Positions 40,036-50,060 of a DNA stretch of 64,000 bases are shown in pieces. Source of the stretch: an uncultured virus (IMG/VR IMGVR_UViG_3300025133_000074) (taxonomy: Duplodnaviria; Heunggongvirae; Uroviricota; Caudoviricetes). Both the position numbers and the translations under genes were made by a program. Positions within the stretch are counted from its first letter, which is position 1; each line of letters begins with the position of its first letter. The notes under the pieces were generated by a model that was given only the letters and a program-made list of their open reading frames with translations, was not told the origin of the DNA and made no database searches. The stretch lies in IMG/VR virus record IMGVR_UViG_3300025133_000074. One strand, given 5' to 3'.

Positions 40036-41613
40036 ATGGCAGTTAAAAAATCTCTTAAAGAAATTATAGGTGATGAATACAAACGGTGTTCACAAGATCC
40101 TATACATTTTATGCGTAAGTATTGCGTAATACAACATCCCACGCGTGGAAAAATGTTATTTAACTTATATCCATTTCAAGAAAAATCATTACAAGAATTA
40201 AAAGATAATAGATATAATATTATTTTAAAATCTAGACAATTAGGTATATCAACATTAACAGCAGGGTATGCTTTATGGAAAATGATATTCCGGTCTGATT
40301 TTAATGTTCTAGTAATTGCAACAAAACAGGACGTTGCAAAAAATCTTGTAACTAAAGTACGAGTAATGAATGAAAATTTACCTAATTGGTTAAAGGGTAA
40401 AACATTAGAAGATAATAAATTATCATTACGTTATGGAAATGGATCACAAATCAAAGCGATTTCATCTAAAGGAGACGCCGGTAGATCTGAAGCATTATCA
40501 TTATTAATATTTGATGAAGCGGCCTTCATTGATAAAATTGATGAGATATGGACAGCTGCTCAACAAACATTAGCAACTGGTGGTGATTGTATTGCATTAT
40601 CAACTCCAAATGGTGTAGGTAATTGGTTTCATCGTCAATGGGTTAATGCAGAGTCCGGTGGAGAATTCAACACAATAAAATTACATTGGACAGTACATCC
40701 GGATAGAGATGAAGCATGGCGTATTAAACAAACAGAATTACTTGGAGAAAAGGGTGCAGCGCAAGAATGTGATTGTGATTTTATATCATCTGGTCACACC
40801 GTTGTAGATGGTAATATATTGCAATGGTATTCTGATACTCATGTAAAAGATCCAGTTGAAAAAAGAGGCTTTGATTCAAATTTCTGGATTTGGGAATATG
40901 CTGATTATTCAAAAAAATATATGGTTGTTGCTGATGTAGCTCGAGGCGATTCAACTGATTATTCTGCATTTCATGTATTTGATATAGAATCATGTCAACA
41001 AGTTGCTGAGTATAAAGGAAAAATTGGAACAACAGAATATGGTAACATGTTAATTGCAGTAGCCACAGAATATAACAATGCATTATTAGTAATTGAAAAT
41101 GCTAATATTGGCTGGGCATCAATTCAAGTTGCGTTAGATAAAGGATATTCAAATTTATATTATTCGTATAAACAAGATGGATATGTAGATGAAGATGTTC
41201 AGTTACGTAAAGGATATGATTTAAAAAGTAAATCAAAAACAGTTCCTGGATTTTCAATGACTTCCAGAACACGTCCATTAGTGATATCAAAACTAGAAAC
41301 ATATTTTAGAGACAAAACACCGATAGTTCATTCGAAAAGATTAGTTGATGAGTTATTTACATTTGTATGGCTAGGTCATAGGGCAGAAGCCGCTAGAGGA
41401 TATAATGATGATTTAGTAATGTCGTTTTCTACCGGTTTATGGATGAGAGATACAGCATTACGATTACAGCAACAGGGAATGGATTTAAATAGAAAAGCAT
41501 TAGGACACTTTGGAAAATCGCAGGGAGTATATTCAGCGACAACAGAAACACCGAAAGAGTGGCAATGGAAGTCTGGCGATGATGAAAATTCTGATTTAAA
41601 GTGGCTACTCTAA
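40036..41613 (+). CDS. terL: terminase large subunit (gp17-like)
   Basis: KSRQLGIST Walker A, LLIFDEAAF Walker B, STPNG, nuclease DVARG..DYS and DDLVM. Confidence 0.95.
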   Translation: MAVKKSLKEIIGDEYKRCSQDPIHFMRKYCVIQHPTRGKMLFNLYPFQEKSLQELKDNRYNIILKSRQLGISTLTAGYALWKMIFRSDFNVLVIATKQDVAKNLVTKVRVMNENLPNWLKGKTLEDNKLSLRYGNGSQIKAISSKGDAGRSEALSLLIFDEAAFIDKIDEIWTAAQQTLATGGDCIALSTPNGVGNWFHRQWVNAESGGEFNTIKLHWTVHPDRDEAWRIKQTELLGEKGAAQECDCDFISSGHTVVDGNILQWYSDTHVKDPVEKRGFDSNFWIWEYADYSKKYMVVADVARGDSTDYSAFHVFDIESCQQVAEYKGKIGTTEYGNMLIAVATEYNNALLVIENANIGWASIQVALDKGYSNLYYSYKQDGYVDEDVQLRKGYDLKSKSKTVPGFSMTSRTRPLVISKLETYFRDKTPIVHSKRLVDELFTFVWLGHRAEAARGYNDDLVMSFSTGLWMRDTALRLQQQGMDLNRKALGHFGKSQGVYSATTETPKEWQWKSGDDENSDLKWLL

Positions 41614-41635
41614 TATTTATTTATATAGGTAAATT

Positions 41636-43516
41636 ATGACAGATACTTCGTTAAGAGCACGATTAAGTAGATTATTTGCAACCAATGTAGTTGTACGTAG
41701 AATCTCAAAAAACAGACTAAAAGCAGTTGATGCAAATAGATTACAATCAACAGGAAATTTAAGTAATAAACGTTATGTGGATAGATTTTCCGGCGTTCAC
41801 CGCGGATCACCAGGATTTGGTACATATAACCAAAACCAATCATTTCATACATCAAAAATCGAATTATTTACAGATTATGAAGGTATGGACATGGACCCTA
41901 TTTTATCTTCTGCTTTAGATATATACGCTGACGAATCTACTGTTAAAGATGCCGACGGAGATACTTTGACTATCACATCTCAAAATGATGAAGTACGTAA
42001 AATTTTAAGAAATTTATTTTATGATATATTAAATATAGATTATAATTTATGGCCATGGATTCGTAACGCATGTAAATATGGCGATTTTTATTTACATTTG
42101 GATATAGAAGAAGAAATCGGTATTGTTAATGTAATGCCAATGTCAGCATATGAAATTATAAGAGAAGAAGGGTTTGATGAAGAAAATCCATATGCATATA
42201 AATTTTCATTACAAAATACTCATGGTGGCGGCTCTCATAATTATGGACGTGGTAACCAAGGCGTGATGCAAGAATTTGAACCTTTTGAGATAGCACATTT
42301 TCGATTATTATCTGATACAAACTTTTTACCGTATGGTAAATCAATGATAGAACCTGCGCGTAAAATATTTAAACAATTAACTCTTATGGAAGATGCGATG
42401 TTAATACATCGTATAATGAGAGCACCGGAACGTAGAATATTTAAAATCGACGTAGGAAATATACCACCAGCTGAAGTAGATAATCATATTCAGGGAATTG
42501 TTAATAAAATGAAAAAAGTTCCTTATATAGATGAAAAAACTGGAGATTATAATCTTAAATTTAATATGCAAAATATGATTGAAGATTATTTCATGCCAGT
42601 ACGTGGAGGAGAGTCTGGTACATCAATTGAAGCATTGCCAGGATTATCATCAGAAGGTCAAATTGAAGATATTGATTATTTAAAAAATAAATTATTTGCA
42701 GCTTTAAAAATACCAAAAGCATTTTTAGGTTATGATGAGGGTGTTGAAGGTAAAGCAACTTTAGCAGCCGAGGATGTAAGATTTGCAAGAACAATTGAAC
42801 GTATACAAAAAATATTTGTATCAGAGTTAACTAAAATTGCAATTGTACATTTATATACGCAAGGCTATAAAGATGCAGATTTAGTTGATTTTGAATTATC
42901 TTTAACTAATCCATCAATTGTATATGAAAAACAGAAAGTTGAAATTTTAGAAAGCAAGATTGGATTAGCTACAAATATGAAAGAATCTACTTTATTCTCA
43001 CAGCGATGGATATATGAAAATGTATTTGGATTGAGTCAAAATGAATGGCGAGTAGAGCAAGAACAGGTAATTGAAGATTTAAAACAAGACTTCCGAAAAG
43101 AACAAATTAAGTCAGAAGGTAATGATCCTAAAAAGACTAATCAATCATTTGGTACTCCTCATGATATAGCTTCAATGCATGTGGCTAATAAAGACGGGTT
43201 ATTGCCAGGCCAAGAACAAGAACATGTTGCTGGGACAGGTCGCCCTCCAGAACATCAGTCTTGGGGATCACATGAATCACCCCATGGCCGAGATCCATTA
43301 GCTATTAAAGCATTAGGTAAATCATTATCCACAGATAAGTCTCCATTACAGCATCAGTATAGAGGAGGATCGCCATTAAGTACAGAAAACATACAAATTA
43401 ATTCGTTAATTAATTCAATGAAATCATCAAAAATTATAAAACAGACGTTGTTAAAAGAAACCGAAGAACCGGATTCAGGTACAATGTTAGATGAATCACA
43501 ATTAATTGAGGATTAA
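41636..43516 (+). CDS. portal protein (gp20-like)
   Basis: LMEDAMLIHRIMRAPERRIFKIDVGNIP, EDYFMPVRG..GTSIEALPG. Confidence 0.95.
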   Translation: MTDTSLRARLSRLFATNVVVRRISKNRLKAVDANRLQSTGNLSNKRYVDRFSGVHRGSPGFGTYNQNQSFHTSKIELFTDYEGMDMDPILSSALDIYADESTVKDADGDTLTITSQNDEVRKILRNLFYDILNIDYNLWPWIRNACKYGDFYLHLDIEEEIGIVNVMPMSAYEIIREEGFDEENPYAYKFSLQNTHGGGSHNYGRGNQGVMQEFEPFEIAHFRLLSDTNFLPYGKSMIEPARKIFKQLTLMEDAMLIHRIMRAPERRIFKIDVGNIPPAEVDNHIQGIVNKMKKVPYIDEKTGDYNLKFNMQNMIEDYFMPVRGGESGTSIEALPGLSSEGQIEDIDYLKNKLFAALKIPKAFLGYDEGVEGKATLAAEDVRFARTIERIQKIFVSELTKIAIVHLYTQGYKDADLVDFELSLTNPSIVYEKQKVEILESKIGLATNMKESTLFSQRWIYENVFGLSQNEWRVEQEQVIEDLKQDFRKEQIKSEGNDPKKTNQSFGTPHDIASMHVANKDGLLPGQEQEHVAGTGRPPEHQSWGSHESPHGRDPLAIKALGKSLSTDKSPLQHQYRGGSPLSTENIQINSLINSMKSSKIIKQTLLKETEEPDSGTMLDESQLIED

Positions 43517-43582
43517 TTATATATTGATTTCTAAAACTATAGCATATTTATTAAAAAGTATGATTATACAGGGCGAACTTTC

Positions 43583-44425
43583 ATGAAACGAATAAAACAT
43601 TCCAAGGTTAAAAATACCGGTATTATATTTGAATTACTCGTACGACAAGTGGCTTCGGATACAATGAATAATAAAAATTCAAAAGCGCTCCGCGTAATAA
43701 AAAAGCATTTTAATTCTAATTCGGAATTGGCTAGAGAATTAAAATTATATCGTACCATAGCTCAAGAAAAGTTTTTATCAGAATCTAAAGCATCAAAATT
43801 CTTAGATGCAGTGATAAGAACTCGTAGACAACTTAACGAAACTCAATTACGTCGAGATAAATATAATTTAATTAAAGAATTAAAAGCTGTATATAATTTA
43901 GATGAGTTTTTTAAATCACGCATTATAAATTATAAAGCACATGCAACTACATATAAATTATTTGAATTTGCTGAAGCAGATGATCCGGCTGAATATGTAG
44001 CTAGTAAATTTGCATTAATAGAGCATATACAAACTAAGACCAAAATTGTTGAGTCAAAACCGACATTAGCTTCTGAACATAAAGATGTGCGTATGCTAGC
44101 GTCAAAATTAGTTGTTGATAAATTTAATGAAAAATATTCTAAATTAAATGAATCTCAGAAACATATGTTGCGTGAGTATATCAATAATGTTACAAATTCA
44201 GTTAAATTAAAAAAATATGTGTTAACTGAAACATTGAATTTAAAAAATATAATTTCAAAATTAAAACCGTCTATTCCTAGCAAAGTAATTCGTATCAAAT
44301 TGACAGAAGTTTCTAACTTATTAAATAAACTGTCTAAACAACATACTATACAAGATAAAGATGTGTTAACAATGCTACGATATTATGAATTAGTTAACGA
44401 ACTTAAAAATATAGGAACTAAATAA
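43583..44425 (+). CDS. hypothetical head-module protein
   Basis: 280 aa directly after portal; late motif at 43544. Confidence 0.75.
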   Translation: MKRIKHSKVKNTGIIFELLVRQVASDTMNNKNSKALRVIKKHFNSNSELARELKLYRTIAQEKFLSESKASKFLDAVIRTRRQLNETQLRRDKYNLIKELKAVYNLDEFFKSRIINYKAHATTYKLFEFAEADDPAEYVASKFALIEHIQTKTKIVESKPTLASEHKDVRMLASKLVVDKFNEKYSKLNESQKHMLREYINNVTNSVKLKKYVLTETLNLKNIISKLKPSIPSKVIRIKLTEVSNLLNKLSKQHTIQDKDVLTMLRYYELVNELKNIGTK

Positions 44426-44685
44426 TGAGTCAATTTAGAACATTAGGACATCCAGGTCGATATTATGAAGTATATGAATATAACAGCGGTCAAGTTGACT
44501 TCACTGGATCAATGTATGGTTACGGCGCTATTATGGTAAAGTCACATGGCGGAGCTACTGCTAGTTTATCTGGGGGTGGCAAAATTCGTGTAGATGAACT
44601 GGCTATAGGATTACATGAATTATCTGTATCAAAAATTACCGGCGGAACTAGTTCAGTAATATATGTACTTAAAAGACAACAATAG
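44425..44685 (+). CDS. hypothetical protein
   Basis: 86 aa, stop/start overlap with upstream gene. Confidence 0.65.
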   Translation: MSQFRTLGHPGRYYEVYEYNSGQVDFTGSMYGYGAIMVKSHGGATASLSGGGKIRVDELAIGLHELSVSKITGGTSSVIYVLKRQQ

Positions 44686-44693
44686 GATATTAT

Positions 44694-45251
44694 ATGAAAT
44701 TGCTAGATGAAATGAAACAATTTTTTAAAGAAGAAAAATCTAAACCAGATTATTTAGATATAGACGGCGATGGTGATAAAAAAGAACCGATGAAAAAGGC
44801 TGCTAAAGATGAAGAATTGGATGAAGCTAACGTAACCGGAAATATGGATGGCGGTGAAGGTCCTGTAAAAACACCTCATGCTTTTGGACGTAAAGAAGAT
44901 GAGAAGGATAATGCCGAAGTATTCGATTATAAAAAAACAAAAACAGCTGATAAACATTTTGAAAGTACTTATAAGAAAATGATGGCAACCATGGAAGAAC
45001 TTCAAGAAGTATCTTACCGCGATTATAAGAAAGATCCTACATCTACCCCTCAGCAAAAAGTTAACAGAGGTATTATGGAAGTTAACAAAATGTTAGCAGA
45101 GATGGAAAAAATTGTTACTAATAATTTACGTTTAAAAACTGAAATGGGTGTACAATCTGGTCATTTTTGGAAAGCGACAGGAAAACGATTTGCAAAAATT
45201 AATGAACGTATGTTACGTGTTGCACATAGATTAAAGGAGTTATCATCATGA
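44694..45251 (+). CDS. hypothetical head-associated protein
   Basis: PDYLDIDGDGDKKEPMKKA motif; LDEA and LQEV L-x-E sites. Confidence 0.7.
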   Translation: MKLLDEMKQFFKEEKSKPDYLDIDGDGDKKEPMKKAAKDEELDEANVTGNMDGGEGPVKTPHAFGRKEDEKDNAEVFDYKKTKTADKHFESTYKKMMATMEELQEVSYRDYKKDPTSTPQQKVNRGIMEVNKMLAEMEKIVTNNLRLKTEMGVQSGHFWKATGKRFAKINERMLRVAHRLKELSS

Positions 45252-45403
45252 TTTTAAATCGAACTTGGCAGCAATTCGTAAAGGCTAAAGAAAATAAAAA
45301 TTTAACTTTACAAGAACAAAAACGTAAATATGCGGATGAAAGAAAGCGATATGACCAACATGTTGCTTTTATAAATTCAGGACTATATAATAAAGGAAAA
45401 TAA
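45248..45403 (+). CDS. hypothetical protein (51 aa, absent from track)
   Basis: MILNRTWQQFVKAKENKNLTLQEQKRKY...NKGK; AAGGAG SD; ATGA and TAATG overlaps with both neighbours. Confidence 0.75.
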   Translation: MILNRTWQQFVKAKENKNLTLQEQKRKYADERKRYDQHVAFINSGLYNKGK

Positions 45404-46008
45404 TGGATAAGCAATTATTAGTAGATTATACAGTATTTGAAGTATCACCTCAAGCAATAAATGAATCATTAACTCAAAATAATGGTAAGTTAATTGTAAA
45501 GGGAGTTCTTCAGAGAGCGGAAGCAAAAAACCAAAACGGAAGAATTTATCCTAAAGAAACGTTAATGCGAGAAGCTGCTAATTATGCAGGGACATTTATT
45601 AAAGAAAGACGTGCATTAGGAGAATTAGACCACCCAGATTCATCAGTTGTTAATTTAAATAACGTATCTCATAACGTCTTAGAAATGGGATGGCAAGGCG
45701 ATGACTTAGTAGGTAAAGTAGAAGTATTAGGAACGCCTGCAGGAAATATATTAAAGGAACTTTTCAAATCTGGAATCCGGTTAGGTATATCCTCTAGAGG
45801 AATGGGATCTGTTAAAGAAGTAATGAGAGAAGGTGGAGATACATTAGAGGTACAACCAGACTTTGAATTAATTGCATTTGACTTTGTTTCTAATCCATCC
45901 ACTCATGGAGCATTTTTATCCCCAGTAAACGAATCTAAAGGGTCTGCTACTACTAACAAATTTGCGAAAGTAGAACGAATAATAACTGATATCATAACGG
46001 AGTTTTAG
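45403..46008 (+). CDS. prohead core protease (gp21-like)
   Basis: NQNGRIYP, ALGELDHP, GISSRGMGS, FDFVSNPS. Confidence 0.95.
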   Translation: MDKQLLVDYTVFEVSPQAINESLTQNNGKLIVKGVLQRAEAKNQNGRIYPKETLMREAANYAGTFIKERRALGELDHPDSSVVNLNNVSHNVLEMGWQGDDLVGKVEVLGTPAGNILKELFKSGIRLGISSRGMGSVKEVMREGGDTLEVQPDFELIAFDFVSNPSTHGAFLSPVNESKGSATTNKFAKVERIITDIITEF

Positions 46009-46010
46009 AT

Positions 46011-46382
46011 ATGAAATTAAAAAAATTATTAGAAAGTACGCCTGGATTTGAAAATAGAAAGTTTGGCGATAAATTACCTACATTAGATAGTGTGAAATCT
46101 GCATACCAAAGTGCAAAGGGAATAAACGAACAATCAGAGCCAATTGATTATGCATACTTTATTGAGCAGACAAATGGCTTGTTAACAGCTATGGAAGATT
46201 TTCAACAAGAATTAAGTACTGCGTTAGAAGCCAAAGATGAAGAGACAGGTGACCCTCAATATCAACAATTACAAAATCAAGTTGCTAGATATATGCAAGG
46301 AGCAGAAAAACAAGTAGCGGCTATGGGAAAAATGTTAAATAGAAAACAAGACCTTACTAACCGAGATACCTTTACTGTATAA
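46011..46382 (+). CDS. putative internal head protein
   Basis: MKLKKLLES N-terminus, INEQ site. Confidence 0.6.
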   Translation: MKLKKLLESTPGFENRKFGDKLPTLDSVKSAYQSAKGINEQSEPIDYAYFIEQTNGLLTAMEDFQQELSTALEAKDEETGDPQYQQLQNQVARYMQGAEKQVAAMGKMLNRKQDLTNRDTFTV

Positions 46383-46396
46383 CTAGGAGAAATATA

Positions 46397-46810
46397 ATGA
46401 ACAAATATGAAAACAAATTAATGAAACATATCTTAAATGAAAAATATTTAGGAGAAACTGACGAACCAAAAATGACTAAAGAAGATCGTGATGCATTTTT
46501 AGAAGCAGTTGGTAACTTTCATAAGTTAGGTGAGATGGTATATGGTTCGGGTAGATTAAAAGAAGTTGCAGAGACGTTAAAAAGCGTAGTAGAACGGGCA
46601 GAAAAGGTGACTTTATCAGAAACGGAACACTGGTTTGATAATGTTACAACATCACGTCATATGAAACAAATGAATGAAGCATATAAAGTTTTTGAAAAGA
46701 CTGCAACTGAAATGAGTTCAATGCAACAACGACTAGAATCGGCATATGAAGATATGGGTACTGTATTAAATCGTTATTATAAGATAGGCGAATCTCTTAG
46801 AGAAGATTAG
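46397..46810 (+). CDS. hypothetical head-module protein
   Basis: 137 aa, AGGAG SD. Confidence 0.7.
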   Translation: MNKYENKLMKHILNEKYLGETDEPKMTKEDRDAFLEAVGNFHKLGEMVYGSGRLKEVAETLKSVVERAEKVTLSETEHWFDNVTTSRHMKQMNEAYKVFEKTATEMSSMQQRLESAYEDMGTVLNRYYKIGESLRED

Positions 46811-46838
46811 GTTATTTGAAATATATTTGTTATATTAA
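46797..46838 (+). promoter_or_regulatory. host-type promoter(s) of bS21
   Basis: Exact TAnnTTTG (TATATTTG 46822-46829) and TTAG-N20-TATATTAA (46807-46838). Confidence 0.55.
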
Positions 46839-46866
46839 CAATTAATATTAAAATAAAATAAGTTAC

Positions 46867-47118
46867 ATGAGTAAACAAAACAAACATTTCATGAGTATTA
46901 TACCTGGTGCGGGTATAGCTGTTAAAGTATTATCGACCAAACAATATCCAAAAGGAGATATTAATTCAGCTTTAAAGGCGTTTAAAAGAGAATTAAAAGA
47001 ATCTGGAAAGATGGAAGATTTGAAAAATCGTAAAGAATTTAAATCTAAAGGTCAAAAACGAAAAGAAGAAGTTGATCGAGCTAAATATTATCAATGGTTA
47101 GATGACCAAAATCAGTAA
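46867..47118 (+). CDS. rpsU: phage-encoded ribosomal protein bS21
   Basis: V-K-V...DINSALKAFKRELKESGKMEDLKNRKEFKSKGQKRK matches the bS21 pattern; position in head module typical of bS21 phages. Confidence 0.8.
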   Translation: MSKQNKHFMSIIPGAGIAVKVLSTKQYPKGDINSALKAFKRELKESGKMEDLKNRKEFKSKGQKRKEEVDRAKYYQWLDDQNQ

Positions 47119-47123
47119 AAATT

Positions 47124-47143
47124 GTGCCATTTGGCACTTTTTT
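47124..47143 (+). terminator. intrinsic terminator after bS21
   Basis: GTGCC-ATTT-GGCAC followed by T6. Confidence 0.65.
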
Positions 47144-47306
47144 ACGTTATAAACGAATGTTTTTGTAAATTACTGCATATATATAAATGTTAACGATACC
47201 GTATTTCAATAATCGGTCACTCGAATTATATCTAAATAAGTACAAATGTACTTTCTATTAAAGCTCTGAATAGCTTTATTTCCAAATTAAATAAGAGGAA
47301 CAAATC

Positions 47307-48308
47307 ATGGCAAATGATTTATTAAAAGAAGCAATTGCAGACGCGAAAGCCGTACGAGAAACTGCACTTGCTAATGCTAAAATTGCATTAGAAGAAGCTT
47401 TTACTCCTAGATTACAATCAATGTTATCTGCCAAATTAGCTGAAGAAGAAGGTTTAGATGAACCAGAATTAGATGCTGAACCAGTTGCAGTTGAGGAACC
47501 ACCAGTGGAAGACGAATTTGCTGCAGAAGCACTTCAATTTGAAGATGAAGCTCCTGTAGAAGATGAAATCCCCGCTGAGGAACCAGTAGCTGAAGAAGAC
47601 GATTATGATCAGCAAGATGAAGATCTAGAATTAGAAGCAATTATCAAAGAATTAGAATCAGAAATGAATGAAGCTGAAGGAGAGGAAGAAGATGTCGATC
47701 TAGAAGAAGCATCATCATCAACTGGATTAGGAAATGGTGATGGCCAAAGTCCTAAAAAAGCATCATCATCTGATCAAGACGATCCTGGTAAAGGAAAGTT
47801 GAAAGAAGGTGAAGGCGATGATGAAGAAGCTGCAGCTGACGTAGATGAAGATATTTCTATTGATGAAATCATTAATGCTTTAAGAGAAGAAGACGAAGCT
47901 GAAAAAGAAGACGTAGACGAAGCTCAAGACACTGCCGGTGTTGATGATGGTGATGCTGCTAAAGATCTTAAAGAAGCGTATAACGTTATTCGATTCTTAA
48001 AAAGCAAAATTAATGAAGTTAATCTTCTTAATGCAAAATTATTATTCTCAAACAAATTGTTTAAAAATCATTCAATGAACGAATCTCAGAAAATGAAAGT
48101 AATTGAAAACTTTGACAGAGCTTCATCAATTCGTGAAGTAAAATTAGTTTTTGCTACATTATCTGAATCATTTGTATTGACTGGTAAAACAAAAAGATCA
48201 ATTAAAGAAAGCTATGCTTCAAAAGCTAGTCGTTCAACAGCACCTAGGAAAGTAATTTCTGAAGGTAATGATTTGACGTCTAGATGGAAGAAGTTAGCTA
48301 ATCTGTAA
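47307..48308 (+). CDS. prohead core scaffold protein
   Basis: Very acidic; LLKEAIADAKAVRETA, EVNLLNAKLLF; directly before capsid gene. Confidence 0.8.
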   Translation: MANDLLKEAIADAKAVRETALANAKIALEEAFTPRLQSMLSAKLAEEEGLDEPELDAEPVAVEEPPVEDEFAAEALQFEDEAPVEDEIPAEEPVAEEDDYDQQDEDLELEAIIKELESEMNEAEGEEEDVDLEEASSSTGLGNGDGQSPKKASSSDQDDPGKGKLKEGEGDDEEAAADVDEDISIDEIINALREEDEAEKEDVDEAQDTAGVDDGDAAKDLKEAYNVIRFLKSKINEVNLLNAKLLFSNKLFKNHSMNESQKMKVIENFDRASSIREVKLVFATLSESFVLTGKTKRSIKESYASKASRSTAPRKVISEGNDLTSRWKKLANL

Positions 48309-48321
48309 AAAGGAAAGGAAA

Positions 48322-50034
48322 ATGAATATAAATTCATTATTACCTCAAAATGCTCAAGCCAACCAAAATGCCGCAGCAATCGCACTTGAACGCAAGTGGG
48401 AAAAGACCGGCCTATTGGAAGGAATGTCTAATGAGGTTGAAAGAAAAGGCATGGCCGTTCTTTTAGAGAACCAAGCCAAGCAATTGGTATCAGAAGCCAA
48501 TGTAACAAATACTGCTGGAAGTGGTGAAGAATGGTCAGGGGTAGCTCTACCATTAGTTCGTCGTATTTTTGCTGAAATTGCTGCAAAAGACTTTGTTTCT
48601 GTACAACCAATGAACTTACCATCAGGTCTGATATTTTATCTAGACTTTAAATATGCTACTAAGCAAGGTACTGATGGAAATGAAGGTGGAAATGATTTCT
48701 TAACTGGTAAAGCTAGAACATCTCAAGATGATTCTGTATTTGGTGTAACTGATGCCACTAAAGGTAATGTAAATACTGCTACTGAAGGTCTTTATGGAGC
48801 TGGACGTTTTGGATACACTATTAATGATGTATCATCATCAATAGAAACTTTAGCATCTAAAGCAACCGGTAAAATTGCAACTGGTTCTTGGTCTACTGCA
48901 AATACGTTTACTGATAATACAGATTTGACGCAAGTAGGATTTAATATATTTACTAACTTTAATTCTGAGTTTTCTGCATCTGTAGTTGCTGATGGATCTA
49001 ATCCTCATATTGTAGCTGTTGGTAAAGATGTGATTCCTGGATATGATGTAAATGGCGTAAGAGCATTTAATATTGATGGAACAGGTGTCGATGCTGTTTA
49101 TCCAGAATTTACTCGTGCATCAGGTGATTATGTATATTTCTTAGTTGATGGAGATGACGATCTTCAATCATTAAAAGTTATATATCATAAACAACCAGGT
49201 GTAACTTCTAGAGGTGACTTTGAAGATATTGCAGGAAATAAAGTTCCTAACCAAGCATCTCCTAGTTCAACTGCATTAGATATTCCAGAAATTGATCTTC
49301 AAATGCGTTCAGAGGCCATCGTTGCCAAAACACGTAAATTGAAGGCTGTTTGGAGTCCTGAATTTGCTCAAGACTTAAATGCATATCATTCAATTGATGC
49401 TGAAGCTGAATTAACTAGCATGTTATCTGAATATGTTTCGCAAGAAATTGATTTAGAAATTTTAGACATGTTAATTCAAAATGCTCAAACAGTTGAAAGA
49501 TGGTCTGCTAGAGTTGGTCAATCATTTGATGCAGCTTCAAACTCATTTGTTAATTCAAATGCAGATGCCCAAGCATATAACCAAGGAACATGGTTCCAAA
49601 CTTTAGGTACTAAAGTACAAAAAGTTTCGAATAAAATTCACCAATTAACTTTAAGAGGTGGAGCTAACTTCCTAGTATGTTCTCCTTCTGTTGCAACTAT
49701 TCTAGAATCTATTCCAGGATATGCTGCTGATACAGATGGCGATAAAATGCAGTTTGCAATGGGTGTACAAAAAGTTGGAGCTATTAATAATAGATTCCAA
49801 GTTTATAAAAATCCATACATGACTGAAAATGCCATATTAATGGGTTATCGTGGATCTCAGTTCCTTGAAACAGGTGCTGTATATTCTCCATATATTCCAT
49901 TAATCATGACACCATTAGTATACGATCCTGAAAACTTTACTCCTAGAAAAGGTGTAATGACTCGTTATGCTAAGAAAATGGTTCGTCCTGAATTCTATGG
50001 TAAAATTTATGTTGAAGGTTTAGATACTGTATAG
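48322..50034 (+). CDS. major capsid protein (gp23-like)
   Basis: LLENQ, PLVRR, VQPMNLPSGLIFYL, AKTRKLKAVWSPEFAQDL, YSPYIPL, GVMTRY. Confidence 0.97.
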   Translation: MNINSLLPQNAQANQNAAAIALERKWEKTGLLEGMSNEVERKGMAVLLENQAKQLVSEANVTNTAGSGEEWSGVALPLVRRIFAEIAAKDFVSVQPMNLPSGLIFYLDFKYATKQGTDGNEGGNDFLTGKARTSQDDSVFGVTDATKGNVNTATEGLYGAGRFGYTINDVSSSIETLASKATGKIATGSWSTANTFTDNTDLTQVGFNIFTNFNSEFSASVVADGSNPHIVAVGKDVIPGYDVNGVRAFNIDGTGVDAVYPEFTRASGDYVYFLVDGDDDLQSLKVIYHKQPGVTSRGDFEDIAGNKVPNQASPSSTALDIPEIDLQMRSEAIVAKTRKLKAVWSPEFAQDLNAYHSIDAEAELTSMLSEYVSQEIDLEILDMLIQNAQTVERWSARVGQSFDAASNSFVNSNADAQAYNQGTWFQTLGTKVQKVSNKIHQLTLRGGANFLVCSPSVATILESIPGYAADTDGDKMQFAMGVQKVGAINNRFQVYKNPYMTENAILMGYRGSQFLETGAVYSPYIPLIMTPLVYDPENFTPRKGVMTRYAKKMVRPEFYGKIYVEGLDTV

Positions 50035-50060
50035 TATTTAAAATTTAATTAATATTAAAG

